64,000 nt of DNA from Felis catus (GCF_018350175.1 NC_058368.1:78184001-78248000); one strand, 5' to 3'. Counted from the stretch's first letter, positions 38,888-52,577 are shown. Numbers and translations: made by a program. The notes: generated by a model not told the origin, from the sequence alone.

Positions 38888-39052
38888 ATTATCAGTTATG
38901 GAGAGACCAAGAGCAGGACCGCGAATACCGTGGCCAGGCTAGCGTCCATCTGCCCGTGCAAAATAGAGTCTTGGGATTGTGAAGTTCAGGAAGTGTCGGC
39001 CTGAGCTGGTGCTGGCTGTAAGCCCGCCCCACGTCCTGCCCTTCCCCAGGGT

Positions 39053-39089
<37 letters not shown>

Positions 39090-39401
39090 TCCCCTGGCCA
39101 GCTGCCTCCATGATACTGCCTGGGAGAGAAGGAGGAGAAGAGACACCAGGATCTCTCTTCCCCTTCCTCTCCACCTCGGGTTACAGCCTTGGTTGGCACT
39201 GACTCTCCTATGGTTCCAGCCCCACCACGGTTCTGGCAAGACCACCTCCTCCCCCGATCCCTCCAGCCTTGGTGGAATGGCTGCTCCTTGTCACTGCTCC
39301 CCGCCCCCCACACCTCTGCCACTGGTGGTGGTCCGTGACCCATTTCTCAGCCACTGAACCACCTCCTGCTGACTGTATCCCACCAACGAGACCCTGATAT
39401 A
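38888..39401 (+). mobile_element. Possible ancient ERVL-type LTR containing a poly-C tract
   Basis: GC-rich block in A-rich flanks, 3' end GAGACCCTGATA; family uncertain. Confidence 0.3.
39056..39088. repeat. C33 homopolymer
   Basis: Direct count. Confidence 0.95.
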
Positions 39402-41958
39402 CTTGCCATTGTTCTATACAGCGGGGACTCTGAGAAATGACCATGGGATCAGAGCAGATATCTGCAGACACACCAAAAGGAAGAAAGTGCGGGAACGACG
39501 GATCTCGCAATGGATGGTTACACATTCATGGACGACTACAATGAACGTGGGAATTTGAAAAAAAAAATTGTTGTCATGCGAAGCTTCCTAAAGAAAAAGA
39601 GATGTGCCATAAGGGTGAGCTTAACATTCTGGAAAGAAGCAATTTTAGACTCTCTCGGAGAAAAGAGGAGACGGGAAAGTCCAAAGTATTCTCAAGATTT
39701 CATCTCAGAGCAGGGAAGATGGCAAGTCAATGTGTGAGGGAGGGCATGCAAGAATTATTTAGCATTGATATGTTCTTATGAAATAGGAAGCAGGCTTAAA
39801 AAGCACACAGGAACCTCCAACATCACAGACAAAAGAAAGAAAGAAAAGAATTCAAGCCATGAAGACAAAGAAAGGGCAAAAGAGAAAATAGCATCAAATG
39901 ATTACTAAGTATAAGTACTGCTTAAAGATTTAGAGTAAGTTTATCAAAACGTCAATGGGTTAAAATGTTGTTCCACAGTGAGTGTCAGACTCTACTAGAA
40001 ACAAGAAAAGTCCTTTATTGTTTATTATTATTTACAAAACACACAAAAAGAGGTGACAAGGAGAGAAAAAATGGACAGCAAGGGCATCCCAAGCAAAGGG
40101 AAATGAAAAGTCCCAGATGTTACGTTCACATCAGATAATATGGAACTCAAGGCTGAAGGCATTAAATAGAGCAGTGTACCATATGTGATTTTTAAATTTT
40201 AGCCTTCGAGGAATAAACCTTTATGCACAGAAAGAGGAGGCGGCAAAGCAGAGATGTTTGTAATATTTTCTCTGCACACCTCACTTTGCCAAAGCTGCTG
40301 ATGGAGGGGACAGAAGGGCATCATCAGACTCATGGAACCGGGTGGCAGCTGTCCCCGTAAAGGAAGAGCTTTCTGACTCAGAGACCAGAGAGATGAAGCA
40401 GGTGTCTCTCTGGCTCTTGTCTCTGCAAAGTTAATAAGTGGGCATTGAATGTGCGCCAACCTTACAAGGCTCCTGACAGGGGTTGCCTGGATGGGTACCA
40501 GCCGCCCTCCACGCTCATATCTGAGAGCATGATCACCTACGTCGGTGGTGCTAATTGGCACGAGTATAAGGAAAGAACTGCCCTCTGCCCCCGAGGAAGA
40601 AGGTCACATGGTTTCTAGAGATCTCTTACCGGTAACAGCTAATTCACAGCAAGGTATCCCCAAGACTCATTCACCTGCTTGGAATTTCAAAAATATTTTC
40701 CCAAAGATCAAATGAAAGCCAGTCAAGTCTCCAGCCTAGGCCCCCAAATCAGGACCAAAGCAAAACGTACACAATATTGTGGACAGGTGATCGCAACCCA
40801 CATCCTTCCCAGTGGTAGGTGCCCATGTGTCTGTCAGCCTATCAGTGCCTTCTTAGGAGAACGCCATAAATTTACTTTCTTCTCAGGCAGAAGGATTGCA
40901 AAGACTTCTTATGGACATAAGAAGTCATAATGTCAGATGAGTTAAAATGCTTTCAAGTTCTTAAACCTGAAAGACCGGGAGAATGCCGGAGCTTTGGTAG
41001 AAACGAAGAAATCAGGGAAGTTAATGTCTCAGAAAAATCAATGTATGGTTGTGTGCATGTCAATAATTGTTAGTGAAAATGCTCACTAGCATCTGGACCG
41101 TTGAGACTCATGCTTGGAAAATGGTCCATGGGTGAGGATTTGGAAGGGGGGATAATTTACAAAGGGCTGCTGGGGATGTGGTGTTCTGAGAAGAATGGGG
41201 CATAGGTTTGAGGACAACTTGGAGAGAAGTTGCAAGAGGAGGTCAACTAAGTAATCGGGGTCCTGTGTGTGGGCTTCCCTGAACACCAAAGAATACATGA
41301 TAATCAGAAAGCTGCATTGTACCCAAAACCCCTGTGCTTCATCATAAAGTGCGCATGTGCGTGCGCACACACACACGCACACACACACACCACAAGTATG
41401 AGCACAAACACTTCAACACCAAAGCCACATCACATTCTGAGTTGGGTCTGCTTTGTTTTCTTGTTTTGATAGAAATCATCTCCCCTCAACTGTGACTCCT
41501 TAAGGACGTGAATTGTATCTGTTTTTCTTCATCATGATATTCCCTATGTCTAGACTAGTGCCTTGGACATAGAAGGTTACATGCACACAGGGGTACATGC
41601 AAGACATGCGTACACATATACATAGCACATACACACACATACATGTGCACACTGGACAAATGCATTCAGTGGCTCAGTAATACTACGTTACTCATGACTG
41701 AAAGCATTGGAGCATGAGTACATCAAACAAGTAAGCTGTGAAAATAAAGTGACAGAGCACCTCAGTATCAGTTGGGCAGACATGAAGGTTCTGGGCCACT
41801 ATGTATCATCCACCATGAATGCACCAGAAAGCCATCACTTCCTGGGGAAGACACTCGTGGGGAGAACCATGAAATTGTCCTGACATCTGAGTGAAAGCTT
41901 GGATTGAGACCCTGGCTCTCCCTTCTAGCTATAGTGACTTCATTTCTCTGCATTTTAG

Positions 41959-42058
41959 CTCCTTCCTTCCTTCCTTCCTTCCTCCCTCCCTCCCTCCCTC
42001 TCTCTCTTTCTTTCTTTCTCTCTCTCTCTTTCTCTGTCTTCCTTCCTGTCTTTCTTTT
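41959..42058. repeat. (CCTT)n/(CCCT)n/(CT)n polypyrimidine tract
   Basis: Direct reading. Confidence 0.92.
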
Positions 42059-44935
42059 ATGAAAGCAATCATGGAGATTAAAAAAAAACACACAAAGATC
42101 ACTTCTGGATCTAAACATGTTTCTATTGTTAGAACATATCCACAGTAATTACAATGGAGATTTGCACAAAGTCATGATCAATAAATTGTTGCCTGAGTAA
42201 GTATGGAGGAGGGCCCAGGGACCTGAGTTCCATCCAGTGCTGGAGATTCAAGATCAATGTCAGGAAAGTTCAGAGCAAATGTTGCAGGGTTTGCCTAAAA
42301 GCCTCACACAAGTCATTCTTTTGGGTAGCTTTTCCTAATCATTTACAAACATGTGATAAATATCTCATTCTAAGACATTATGTAGCACTAATGACAGACA
42401 GAAATCCAACTAGCTTAGAATTCCTTATGGAAAGATCCAAAATATATTTATGTTTTGTCTCCTGCACTTACCATAGTAAGAAAGCACTCAAGATTACTTC
42501 ATTACTTCAAGTGAAGTAAATTGAATCCTGAATGTATGGAGATTCATTGTCAATACGCTAATTAATTTTATCATCCTGGAATCAAAGATCTTGTCCTAAA
42601 TATATTTTGAGAATGGAGCTGTCCAAACATCTGCTCTAATTAGCCTTGGGTGCTACAGAGCCCATGTGGAGTTTGGGACTGTCCAGCATTCTTTCCACAG
42701 GAAACAGCCCCTCTCACTGCACATGCAGGTAGGAGGAGTCCGGGAACTTAGGGGGGCAGACCCTCCCACAGGGGTGTTGGCAACTTGTGTGAACACATTG
42801 ATGAAGGGATAGAAACCGGCGTCCGTGAAATACAGCCAGACCGACACTAAACCATCCTACACACCTAGAAAACCAACTGGAGGATTAACACAACAATCTG
42901 CACAACCTGAACCACAGAATTCAGCAGGTACACGGTGCAGAGAGCTGAATGAACTTGGGGAGGGAAAACCCGGTGGCACGCAGGGAGCCACTTTTGCAGG
43001 CGGAAAGAGGACGCAGACTGGGGTGGGGGGAGCATACGGGAAAAGCTCCCCTCCCCAAAAGCAGCTGGAGAGAAAGTGGAAAATTAGAAATAGCGCAGGG
43101 ACTGAACTAAAAAGGGAGAAAGGAGAAAGGAGAGGGTTTAAATTCCATTAAGACTGTAAACAAAGAGAATGCAAAGGCTCCAACTCCACAGCTCCATACC
43201 TGGCAGTGCTCTGCTGAGAAGGATGAATCCCCAGGAACAGAGTAGGGTCCGGGAGGTTCTTGGGCCACACAGGGAAAAGCGACTCCACTGCTAGAAGGAC
43301 ATTTGGTAGGGACTGTTGAAGCCACCTGGTCCCAGCAGGGGACGAAGGCGGCCACATTCGCTGGTGCTCAAACAAGGTCGTGGAGGGTGAAGCCTGTGCT
43401 GGATGTGTGTTGTGATTTTCCATAATCCCTGAGACGCTGCTGCTACACTGTCTTGTGAACATTTTCTGGGACGGGCTGGCACCTGGCCACGGTCTCGGGG
43501 CACCGGCAGCAGCAGGGTCCGGCAAGCGTTCCTGCCTGAGGCCGACATTTGCCCATTGCTCACTTGGCCATTACTCGGTGAGACCCTCCCACAGAGGGGT
43601 GGAGCGGATCAAAGCCACAGTCCATCAGAAGTAAGGGGCCGGGGTAAACAGCCACACTGAGACAAAACTCAGGAGAGAGGTACTGACTGGGGCTTGGTCA
43701 CAGACAGTGACAAAGAGCTAAAGACAGAGGACAGAGAGCTAAAGACAGAGGACAGGTGCGCGATTGATGATCTGGGAGAACAGACTGGGTGGCTGGGTGG
43801 CGCCATTTTTACCACTCCCGTGCATGCGCATAGGCACCTACCAGCAGGCCAACAATCCACCCCAGTAGGCTAGCAGCACCATCTAGTGGAGAACGAAGCC
43901 GTTACACTGAGCCCCGCCCAACTGGGCCAACCTCGCTCTTCAAGAGCACAAGTCTCACCGCCGGCTTAGTTTATGCACTATAAAGCACTATATAGTCTCA
44001 CTTCTAGGGGAAAATGAAGTAATTTCAGTCCTATTTCAATCTGTTAGCAGGTCCATCTATTCAATTTTCTTTTTTTTTCTTTTTTTCTCTTTTAAACTAT
44101 TCTTTTTCTTGAATACAGAAAGAAAAAAATTCATTTCATTTTCAATTTTTATTAAAAATATTTTCCTTTAATTATTTTTTACTATATTTTTTACTTTTGC
44201 GTAAAATTTTTTCAAATTCTATCTTACTTCCATCACCAAGGTGTACTCACCTTTCCAAATTTTCAGTTTCCTTTTTTTCTTTCTTTGTCTTTTTTCTTTT
44301 TCATTTCTTTTCTTTTTCTTGAATGCAGAAAGAGAAAAACTTCATTTTTACCTTCAATTTCTTTTAAAAATATTTTTATTTAATTTATATTACTATATTT
44401 TTTGCCTTTATGTAATTTTTTTCAAATTCTATTTTACTCCCATCATTTTATTTTAGTCTACTACAGTGTATTAACTTTTTCAAATTTTCAGACAATTTCT
44501 TTTTTTCTTTTCTTTTTTTAATCTTTTTTTTCCCTTTTCATTTCTTTAATTTTTTCTTAAATACAGAAAATGAAAAAATTCATATTTATTTTAATTTTTA
44601 TTAAAAATATTTTCTTTAATTTTTTCTAGTATATTCTTTACTTTTGTGTATATTTTTTCAAATTTATTTTACCCCCATCATTTCATTTTAGCCTACTTCA
44701 CTGTATTCATTTTCTCAAATTCTCAAATGATTTCCTTTTTTTCTCCCCCCCCTTTGTTTTTCTCTAATCTTACAAACCAATTTCAACACCCAGACCAAAA
44801 CACACCTAGGATCTATCATCATCTATTCAATTTGTGTGTGTGTGTGTGTGTTTAATTTTTAATTTTAATATTTTTTTAATTTTCATTTTTTAATTTCAAT
44901 TTTTCTATTTCATTAATTCCTTTTCTCCCTTCAAT

Positions 44936-45816
44936 ATGACAAAATGAAGGAATTCACCCCAAAAGAAAGAGCACAAAGAAACGACAGCCAGGGATTTAAC
45001 CAACACAGATACAAGCAAGATGTCTGAACCAAAATTTAGAATCACGATAATAAGAATACTAGCTGGAGTCGAAAATAGATTAGAATCCCTTTCTGCAGAG
45101 ATAAAAGAAGTAAAAAATAGCCAGAATGAAATGAAAAATGCTATAACTCAGCTGCAATCATGGATAGATGCAGCGGCGGCAAGGATGGATGAGGCAGAAC
45201 AGAGAACCAGTGATATAGATGACAAACTTATAGGGAATAATGAAGCAGAAAAAAAGAGGGAGATTAAGGCAAAAGAGCACGATTTAAGAATTAGAGAAAT
45301 CAGTGATTCATTAAAAAGGAACAATATCAGAATCATAGGGGTCCCAGAGGAGGAAGACAGAGAAATAGGGGTAGAAGGGTTATTTGAGCAAATCATAGAG
45401 AAAACTTTCCTAACCTGGGGAAAGACACAGACATCAAAATCCAAGAAGCACAGAGGACCCCCATTAGATTCAACAAAAACCAACCATCAACAAGACATAT
45501 CATAGTCAAATTCACTAAATACTCAGGCAAGGAGAGAATCATGAAAGCAGCAAGGGAAAAAAATGTTCTTCACCTACAAGGGAAGACAGATCAGGTTTGT
45601 AGCAGACCTATCCACAGAAACTTGGAAGGCCAGAAAGGACTGGCAGGATATATTCAATGTGCTGAATCAGAAAAATGTGCAGCCAAGAATTCTTTATCCA
45701 GCAAGGTTGTCATTCAAAATAGAAGGAGAGATAAAAGTTTTCCAGACAAACAAAAATTAAAGGAGTCTGTGACCACTAAACCATCCCTGCAAGAAATTTT
45801 AAGGGGGACTCTCTGA
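44936..45816 (+). pseudogene. L1 ORF1p, disrupted
   Basis: ATG ACA AAA TGA early stop; fragments KRNNIRIIGVPEEE and QPRILYPARLSF lie in different frames. Confidence 0.92.
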
Positions 45817-45917
45817 GGGGAGAAAATATGAAAATATAAATAAATAAATACCCAAAGCAACAAAGATTAGAAAGGACCAGAGAACACCATCAGAAACTCC
45901 ACTCTACAAACAACACA

Positions 45918-48900
45918 ATGGCAATAAATTCACATCTTTCAGTACTCACTCTAAATGTCAATGGACTCAATGCTCCAATCAAAAGGCATAGGGTAACAGA
46001 ATGGATAAGAAAACAAGATCCATCTGTATGCTGTTTACAAGAGACTCACTTTAGACCTAAATGCACCTTGAGATTGAAAACAAGGGGATGGAGAACCATC
46101 TATCATGCTAATGGTCAACAAAAGAAAGCCGGAGTAGCCATACTTACATCAGACAATTTAGACTTTAAAATAAAGACTGTATCAAGAGATGCAGAATGGC
46201 ATTATATCATAATCAAGGGGTCTATCGACCAAGAAGACCTAACAATTGTAAACATTTATGTGCCAAATGTCAGAGCACCCATATATAAATCAATTATCCC
46301 AAACATAAAGAAACTCATTGATAGTAATACCGTAATAGTAGGAGACTTCAACACCCCACTCACAGCAATAAACTGATCATCTAATCAAAAAATCAACAAA
46401 GAAACAATGGCTTTGAATGACACACTGGACCAGATGGACTTAACAGATATATTCAGAACATTTCATCCTAAAGCAGCAGAATATACATTCTTCTCCAGTG
46501 CACATGCAGCGTTCTCCAGAATAGACCATATACTGGGACACAAATCAGCCTAAGTAAGTGAAAAAAGATCAAGATCATACCGTGCATATTTTCAGACCAC
46601 AACGCTATGAAACTCTAAATCAACCACAAGAAAAAATTTGGAAAGGGAACAAATACTTGGAGACTGAAGAACATCCTACTAAAGAATGAATGGGCTAACC
46701 AAGCAGTTAAAGAGGAAATTAAAAAGTATATGGAGGTCAACGAAAATGATAACACCACAACCCAAAACCTCTGGGACACAGCAAAGGCAGTCATAAGAGG
46801 AAAGTATATATCAATCCAGGCCTTCCTAAAGAAGGAAGAAAGGTCTCAGATACACAACCTAACCTTATGCCTTAAGGAGCTGGAAAAAAAACAGCAAATA
46901 AAACCCAAAACCAGCAGAAGACAGGAAATAATAAAGATTAGAGTAGAAATTAATGCTATCAAAACAAACAAACAAACAAACAAACAAACAAAAACCAGTA
47001 GAACAGATCAATGAAACCAGAAGCTGGTTCTTTGAAAGAATTAACAAAATTGATAAACCACTAGCCAGTTTGATCAAGAAGAAAAAGGAAATGACCCACA
47101 TAAATAAAATCATGTATGAAAGAGGAGAGATCACAACCAACACAACAGAAATAAAAACAATAATAAGAGAATATTATGAGCAATTATATGCCAATAAAAT
47201 GGGTAATCTGGAAGAAATGGACAAATTCCTAGAAACATATACACTACCAAAACTGAAAAAGGAAGAAATAGAAAATTTGAACAGACCCACAACCAGTAAA
47301 GAAATCGAATTAGTAACCAAAAATCTCCTCCCAAAAACCCAAGAGTCCGGGGCCAGATGGCTTTCCAGGGGAATTCTACCAAACATTTAAGGAAGAGTTA
47401 ACACCTTTTCTCTTGAAACTGTTCCAAAAAATAGAAATGGAAGGAAAACTTGCAAACTCTTTCTATGAAGCCAGCATTACCTTGATTCCAAAACCAGAGA
47501 CCCCACTAAAAAAAGAGAACTATAGACCAATTTCCCTGATTAACATGGATGCAAAAATCCTCAACAAGATATTAACCAACTGGATCCGACAATACATTAA
47601 AAAAATTATTCACCAGGACCAAGTGGGATTTATACCTGGGATGCAGGGCTGCTTCAATATCCGCAAAACAATTAACATGATTCATCACATCAATAAAAGA
47701 AAGGGCAAGAACCATATAATCCTCTCAATAGATGCAGAGAAAGCATTTGACAAAATACAGCATTCTTTCTTGATAAAAACCCTCAAGAAAGTAGGGATAG
47801 AAGGATCATACCTCAAGATCATAAAAGCCATATATGAACGACCCAGTGCTAATATCATCCTCAATGGGGAAATACTGAGAGCTTTTCCCCTAAGGTCAGG
47901 AACAAGACAGGGATGTCCACTCTCACCACTGTTATTCAGCATAGTACTGGAAGTCTTAGCCTCTGCAATCAGACAATGCAAAGAAATAAAAGGCATCCAA
48001 ATCAGCCAGGAAGAGGTCAAACTTTCACTCTTTGCAGATGACATGATACTCTATATGTAAAACCCAAAAGATTCCACCAAAAAACTGCTAGAACTGATTC
48101 ATGAATTCAGCAAAGTTGCAGGATATAAAATCAATGCACAGAAATCGGTTGCATTCCTACACACCAACAATGAAGTGACAGAGAAATCAAGGAATCGATT
48201 CCATTTACAGTTGCACCAAAAACCATAAAATACCTAGGAGTAAATCTAACCAAAGAGGTGAAAAATCTTTACACTGAAAACTATAGAAAGCTAATGAAAG
48301 AAATTGAAGAAGACACAAAAAAATGGAAAAAGATTCCATGCTCCTGGATAGAAAGAACAAATATTGTTAAGATGTCGATACTACCCAAAGCAATCTACAT
48401 ATTCAATGCAATCGCTATCAAAGTAACAGCAGCATTCTTCACAGAGCTAGAATAAATAATCTTAAAATTTGTATGGAACCAGAAAAGACCCCAAATAGCC
48501 AAAGCAATCTTGAAAAAGAAAACCAAAGCAGGAGACATCACAATCCCAGACTTCGAGCTATACTACAAAGCTGTAATCACCAAGCCAGTATGGTACCAGC
48601 ACAAGAATAGACACTCAGAACAATAGAATAGAATAGAGAACCCAGAAATGGACCCACAAACATATGGCCAACTAATCTTTGACAAAGCAGGAAAGAATAT
48701 CCAATGGAATAGACAGTCTCTTCAACAAGTAGTGCTGGGAAAACTGGACAGCAACATGCAGAAGAATGAACCTGGACCACTTTCTTACACCATACACAAA
48801 AATAAACTCAAAATGGATGAAAGACATCAGTGTAAGACAGGAAGCCATCAAAATCCTGGAGGAGAAAGCAGGCAAAAACTTCTTTGATCTTGGCCTCAGC

Positions 48901-49721
48901 AACTTCTTACTCAACACGTCTCCAGAGGCAAGGGAAGCAAAAGCAAAAATGAACTACTGGGACCTCATCAAAATAAAAAGCTTCTGCACAGTGAAGGAAA
49001 CAATCAGCAAAACTAAAAGACAACCAACAAAATGGAAGAAGATATTTGCAAATGACATATCAGGTAAAGGGTTAGTATCCAAAATCTATAAAGAACTTAT
49101 CAAACTCAACACCCAAAACACAAATCATCCAGTGAAGAAATGGGCAAAAGATATGAATAGACACTTCTCCAAGGAAGACATCCAGATGGCCAACCAACAA
49201 TGAAAAAATGCTCAACATCACTCATCATCAGGGAAATACAAATCAAAACCACAATGAGATACCACCTCACACCTGTCAGAATGGCTAACAACTCAGGCAA
49301 CAACAGATGTTGGTGAGGATGTGGAGAAAGAGGATCTCTTTTGCATTGTTGGTGGGAATGCAAGCTGGTGCAGCCACTCTGGAAAACAGTATGGAGATAT
49401 CTCAAAAAACTAAAAATAGAACTACCCTACGACCCAGCAATAGCACTACTAGGCATTTATCCATGGGACACAGATGTGCTGTTTGGAAGGGATACATGCA
49501 CCCCCATGTTTATAGCAGCACTATCAACAATAGCCAAAGTATGGCAAGAGCCCAAATGTCTATCGATGGATGAATGGATAAAGAAGATGTGGTATATTTA
49601 TACGATGGAGTATTACTGGGCAATCAAAAAGAATGAAATCTTGCCATTTGCAACAATGTGGATGGAACTGGAGGGTATTATGCTAAGTGAAATTAGTCAG
49701 AGAAAGACAAAAATCATATGA
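45918..49721 (+). pseudogene. L1 ORF2p (endonuclease/RT/Cys-rich), disrupted
   Basis: TLNVNGLN, CCLQETH, VGDFNTPL, YRPISL, QGCPLSP, FADD, HCWWECK motifs in at least 7 separate ORF fragments. Confidence 0.96.
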
Positions 49722-50467
49722 ATTCACTTATATGAGGACTTTAAGAGATGAAACAGATGAACATAAGGGAAGGGAAACAAAAATAATATAAAAACAGGGA
49801 GGGGGACAAAACAGAAGAGACTCATAAACATGGAGAACAAACTGAGGGTCGCTGGAGGGGTTGTGCGAGGGGAGGATGAGCTAAATGGTTACAAGGCATT
49901 AAAGAAATCTACTCTTGAAGTCATTGTTTCACTATATGCTACTAATTTGATGTAAATTATAAAAAATAAAATTAAAAAAATATATGTATATATATAAAAA
50001 AAGGAAATAGAACAAAAAAAGGCATAGAAACCATTGGAGACTTTTTATTTATTCTTTTGTCACCTTTCATATCTTGTTCAATAGTAGTTCTTACTGCACA
50101 TTTTGTAATCACCTGGGTAGCTCTCTAAAAATGTGTGTGGGGGGGGAGAGGGAGAGGAGTGGGGGGGGGGGAGACGGAGGGAGAGGGAGAGGAGTGGGGG
50201 GAGAGAGAGAGGGAGGGGAGAGAGATTGAGAGAGAATTGTCCTAGGGTGGAACACAGTCATTAGTCCTTATTTGAAATTTTTATAAATTTTCATAAAAAT
50301 GTTTATATTACATTCTAATTATCTTCTCTTACCCTGTAAGAAACTGTCCTGTTTAATGAATTCTTGAAAAAAATGTGTGTCTTTGTTTGGTGTGTATGCA
50401 TTTTAAATCTTTGAATGGTATTGAGCTAGATATGTTTCACTGATTCTTCACTAAGCTTTTAAAAGCC

Positions 50468-50500
<33 letters not shown>
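50468..50500. repeat. (TCTA)n microsatellite
   Basis: Direct reading. Confidence 0.95.
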
Positions 50501-50559
50501 CATTCATCAACTCATACTCTCAATTATATATTTATATTTATATTTACATTTACATTTAT

Positions 50560-51160
50560 ATAAACCCTGTTGCCTCTCACTGCTGCACAATATATCCCTT
50601 GGTGTATATCTATTAATTTTAACTTTCCTTTCTCCCAGGGATGTCAGTTTGAAACCAACTCACCGTAACACAATTAACTCAGTGATGAATATCCTTCAAC
50701 ACGTTCCCTTGGGGACCCATGTGAGAATTTCTTTGGGGGTAGACAGCCAAGAGGACTACTGTGTTGTGTGCAGAATGTGGCTAAATGATGGATGGCCCAA
50801 TAACTTACAAATGGTGGCCCCAGTCCACACTCTCATTAGCAAGGCATGAAGTTTTTTATATGTTCGCATCCTCACTAACTCTTGGCAACAACCAGTATGT
50901 TAATTTTTTTTCATTTCAAATTTCAAGGGGGATATTTTTGTTTTATGTTTCATTTCTATACTTGTCAATGATTCTGAGTATCTCTTCATAAGTTGGTGAG
51001 CTTTTAGGTTCTTTTTTTCTTACGGAGATCATCCCTTCAGGACCTTCATTCACCATGATATCAGAGTTTAAATTTTGACTTTTTACTAAATATTGATTAA
51101 ATATTTCTTTTGATTTATTGTTAATCTCCAGGAATTCTTGGCATACACGAGGTATTAGTT
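50560..51160 (-). mobile_element. Old L1 3'-region relic
   Basis: GTGATGAATATCCTT...CATGTGAGAATTTCTTTGGG...CATCCTCACTAAC pattern. Confidence 0.55.
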
Positions 51161-52577
51161 GCCAGATGGAGACTTGAAAATACTGTTAATCAATTTCAGC
51201 CATGGGGCCCTTAACTTGACGCCCCAAGTTATTTCCATATTTTTAACTTGAGTGCTTTTTTACAAGTTTTGCAGGTGAGTCTACTGTGTAGCCATGATTC
51301 ATTCTGGGTTCAAAACCAATGAACGAGATAGATGCTCAAGAACGTTGCTGCTGGTTCCTGAGCTGTTTCATTCTCGTCCTCCCTGAGGCCTGCTTGTCCC
51401 ATCCTGTTTCAATTCTTTGAGTTACTCACTCTCGTTCCAGTGAGTGCCTTTCTTCCTTAAGTTGATCAGAGGTGTTTCTCTAGATTTCAATCAAATAAAA
51501 CAATTGTGGAATTTTGCATAAGAGAGTAGACAGCAGGGCCAGACTCTCCAGCGATCACAAAGAGCCATCCTGCCCCACGCTCGCAGGAAGGACAAATGGG
51601 GACTTTAGGTGATGGGTATTAGTGTCAACTACAAAATGACTTTCTCTGTGTATCCAGCCAGAACTCGTAACTTCTCACCCAACTGTCACACTGACTCAGA
51701 GCCCCTTGGATGAAAGCAAGCATTTTTGACAAAAACCACATCATAACACTACACACTGGGACTTTGAACTTTCCATTTATTAGATTCACTACAAAATGTG
51801 GAAAGGGAAACACCCACCACTCTCCGGGCCTCTTGGACCTAAGTTCTAGAAATTCAAGGTTAAACAGTTCAAACATAAATGAGAACAGCTTAGAATGCTG
51901 ATGACAAATGAAGTTTGATACTTACATCAAACACCCCATGACACAACATATCACCTTGCAACTTGTTCCCAAAGGCTGAGCATAGAAATAACATGGACAC
52001 CTTCAATGATCTGCAAATTTTCCATTTTAATTTGTCATTTGTCGTCATAATTGGAGAGGCCAATGGAGGATAATGAAGCCTGGTTGTTGCATATCAAAAT
52101 AATGCAACGTTGTCTTTGATTGAGAAAGAGCCACAGTTCATTTTGTATGGCTGGTCTGAGGTAGATTTTTTTCTTTCAAACTCATCCCCTTGCTTCTCTT
52201 TCTCTACAACTAAAATGAAAATCTCAGCTAACTTGAAAATTAATTGTGGTGTGAATGGAAGAAGTGCCCATGAATTGTGGGATTTCTGCATAAGACACTG
52301 GGCTTCATTTTGGCTGGCAGGCTTAGAAAGACTTATGGACAAAGAGAAACAGGTGACTTTGTCCTAAAAGATGTAGGTTCCAAATAGGGCTCTGCCACTA
52401 GCCTCCTGTGTAGATTTTATTCTCAGCACTGAGGAGTTAAGAGCTCAGAAACATTACTTGATTGCATGACTATGATCTGGACATGAGTTCTAACTACTTA
52501 AGAAATATCTGCTATTTGTGAAGCATATAACAGCATATTCTCAGTCTCATACAATCTCCTTTAAAATAAAAATTTCT

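Larger units (their letters stand above)
42818..50018 (+). mobile_element. Near full-length felid LINE-1 (inactive)
   Basis: GC-rich 5'UTR, ORF1, ORF2, 3'UTR, A-tail; TSD AAGGGATAGAAACC (42804-17) / AAGGCATAGAAACC (50019-32). Confidence 0.97.

Noticed and set aside
38892..39343. Gly-rich - strand ORFs
   Set aside because: The poly-Gly comes from the C33 homopolymer
42466..42530. - strand exon with ATG|gtaagt donor
   Set aside because: All three frames closed and no other support
45020..49721. L1 as an active autonomous element or domesticated RT gene
   Set aside because: Multiple stops and frameshifts in both ORFs
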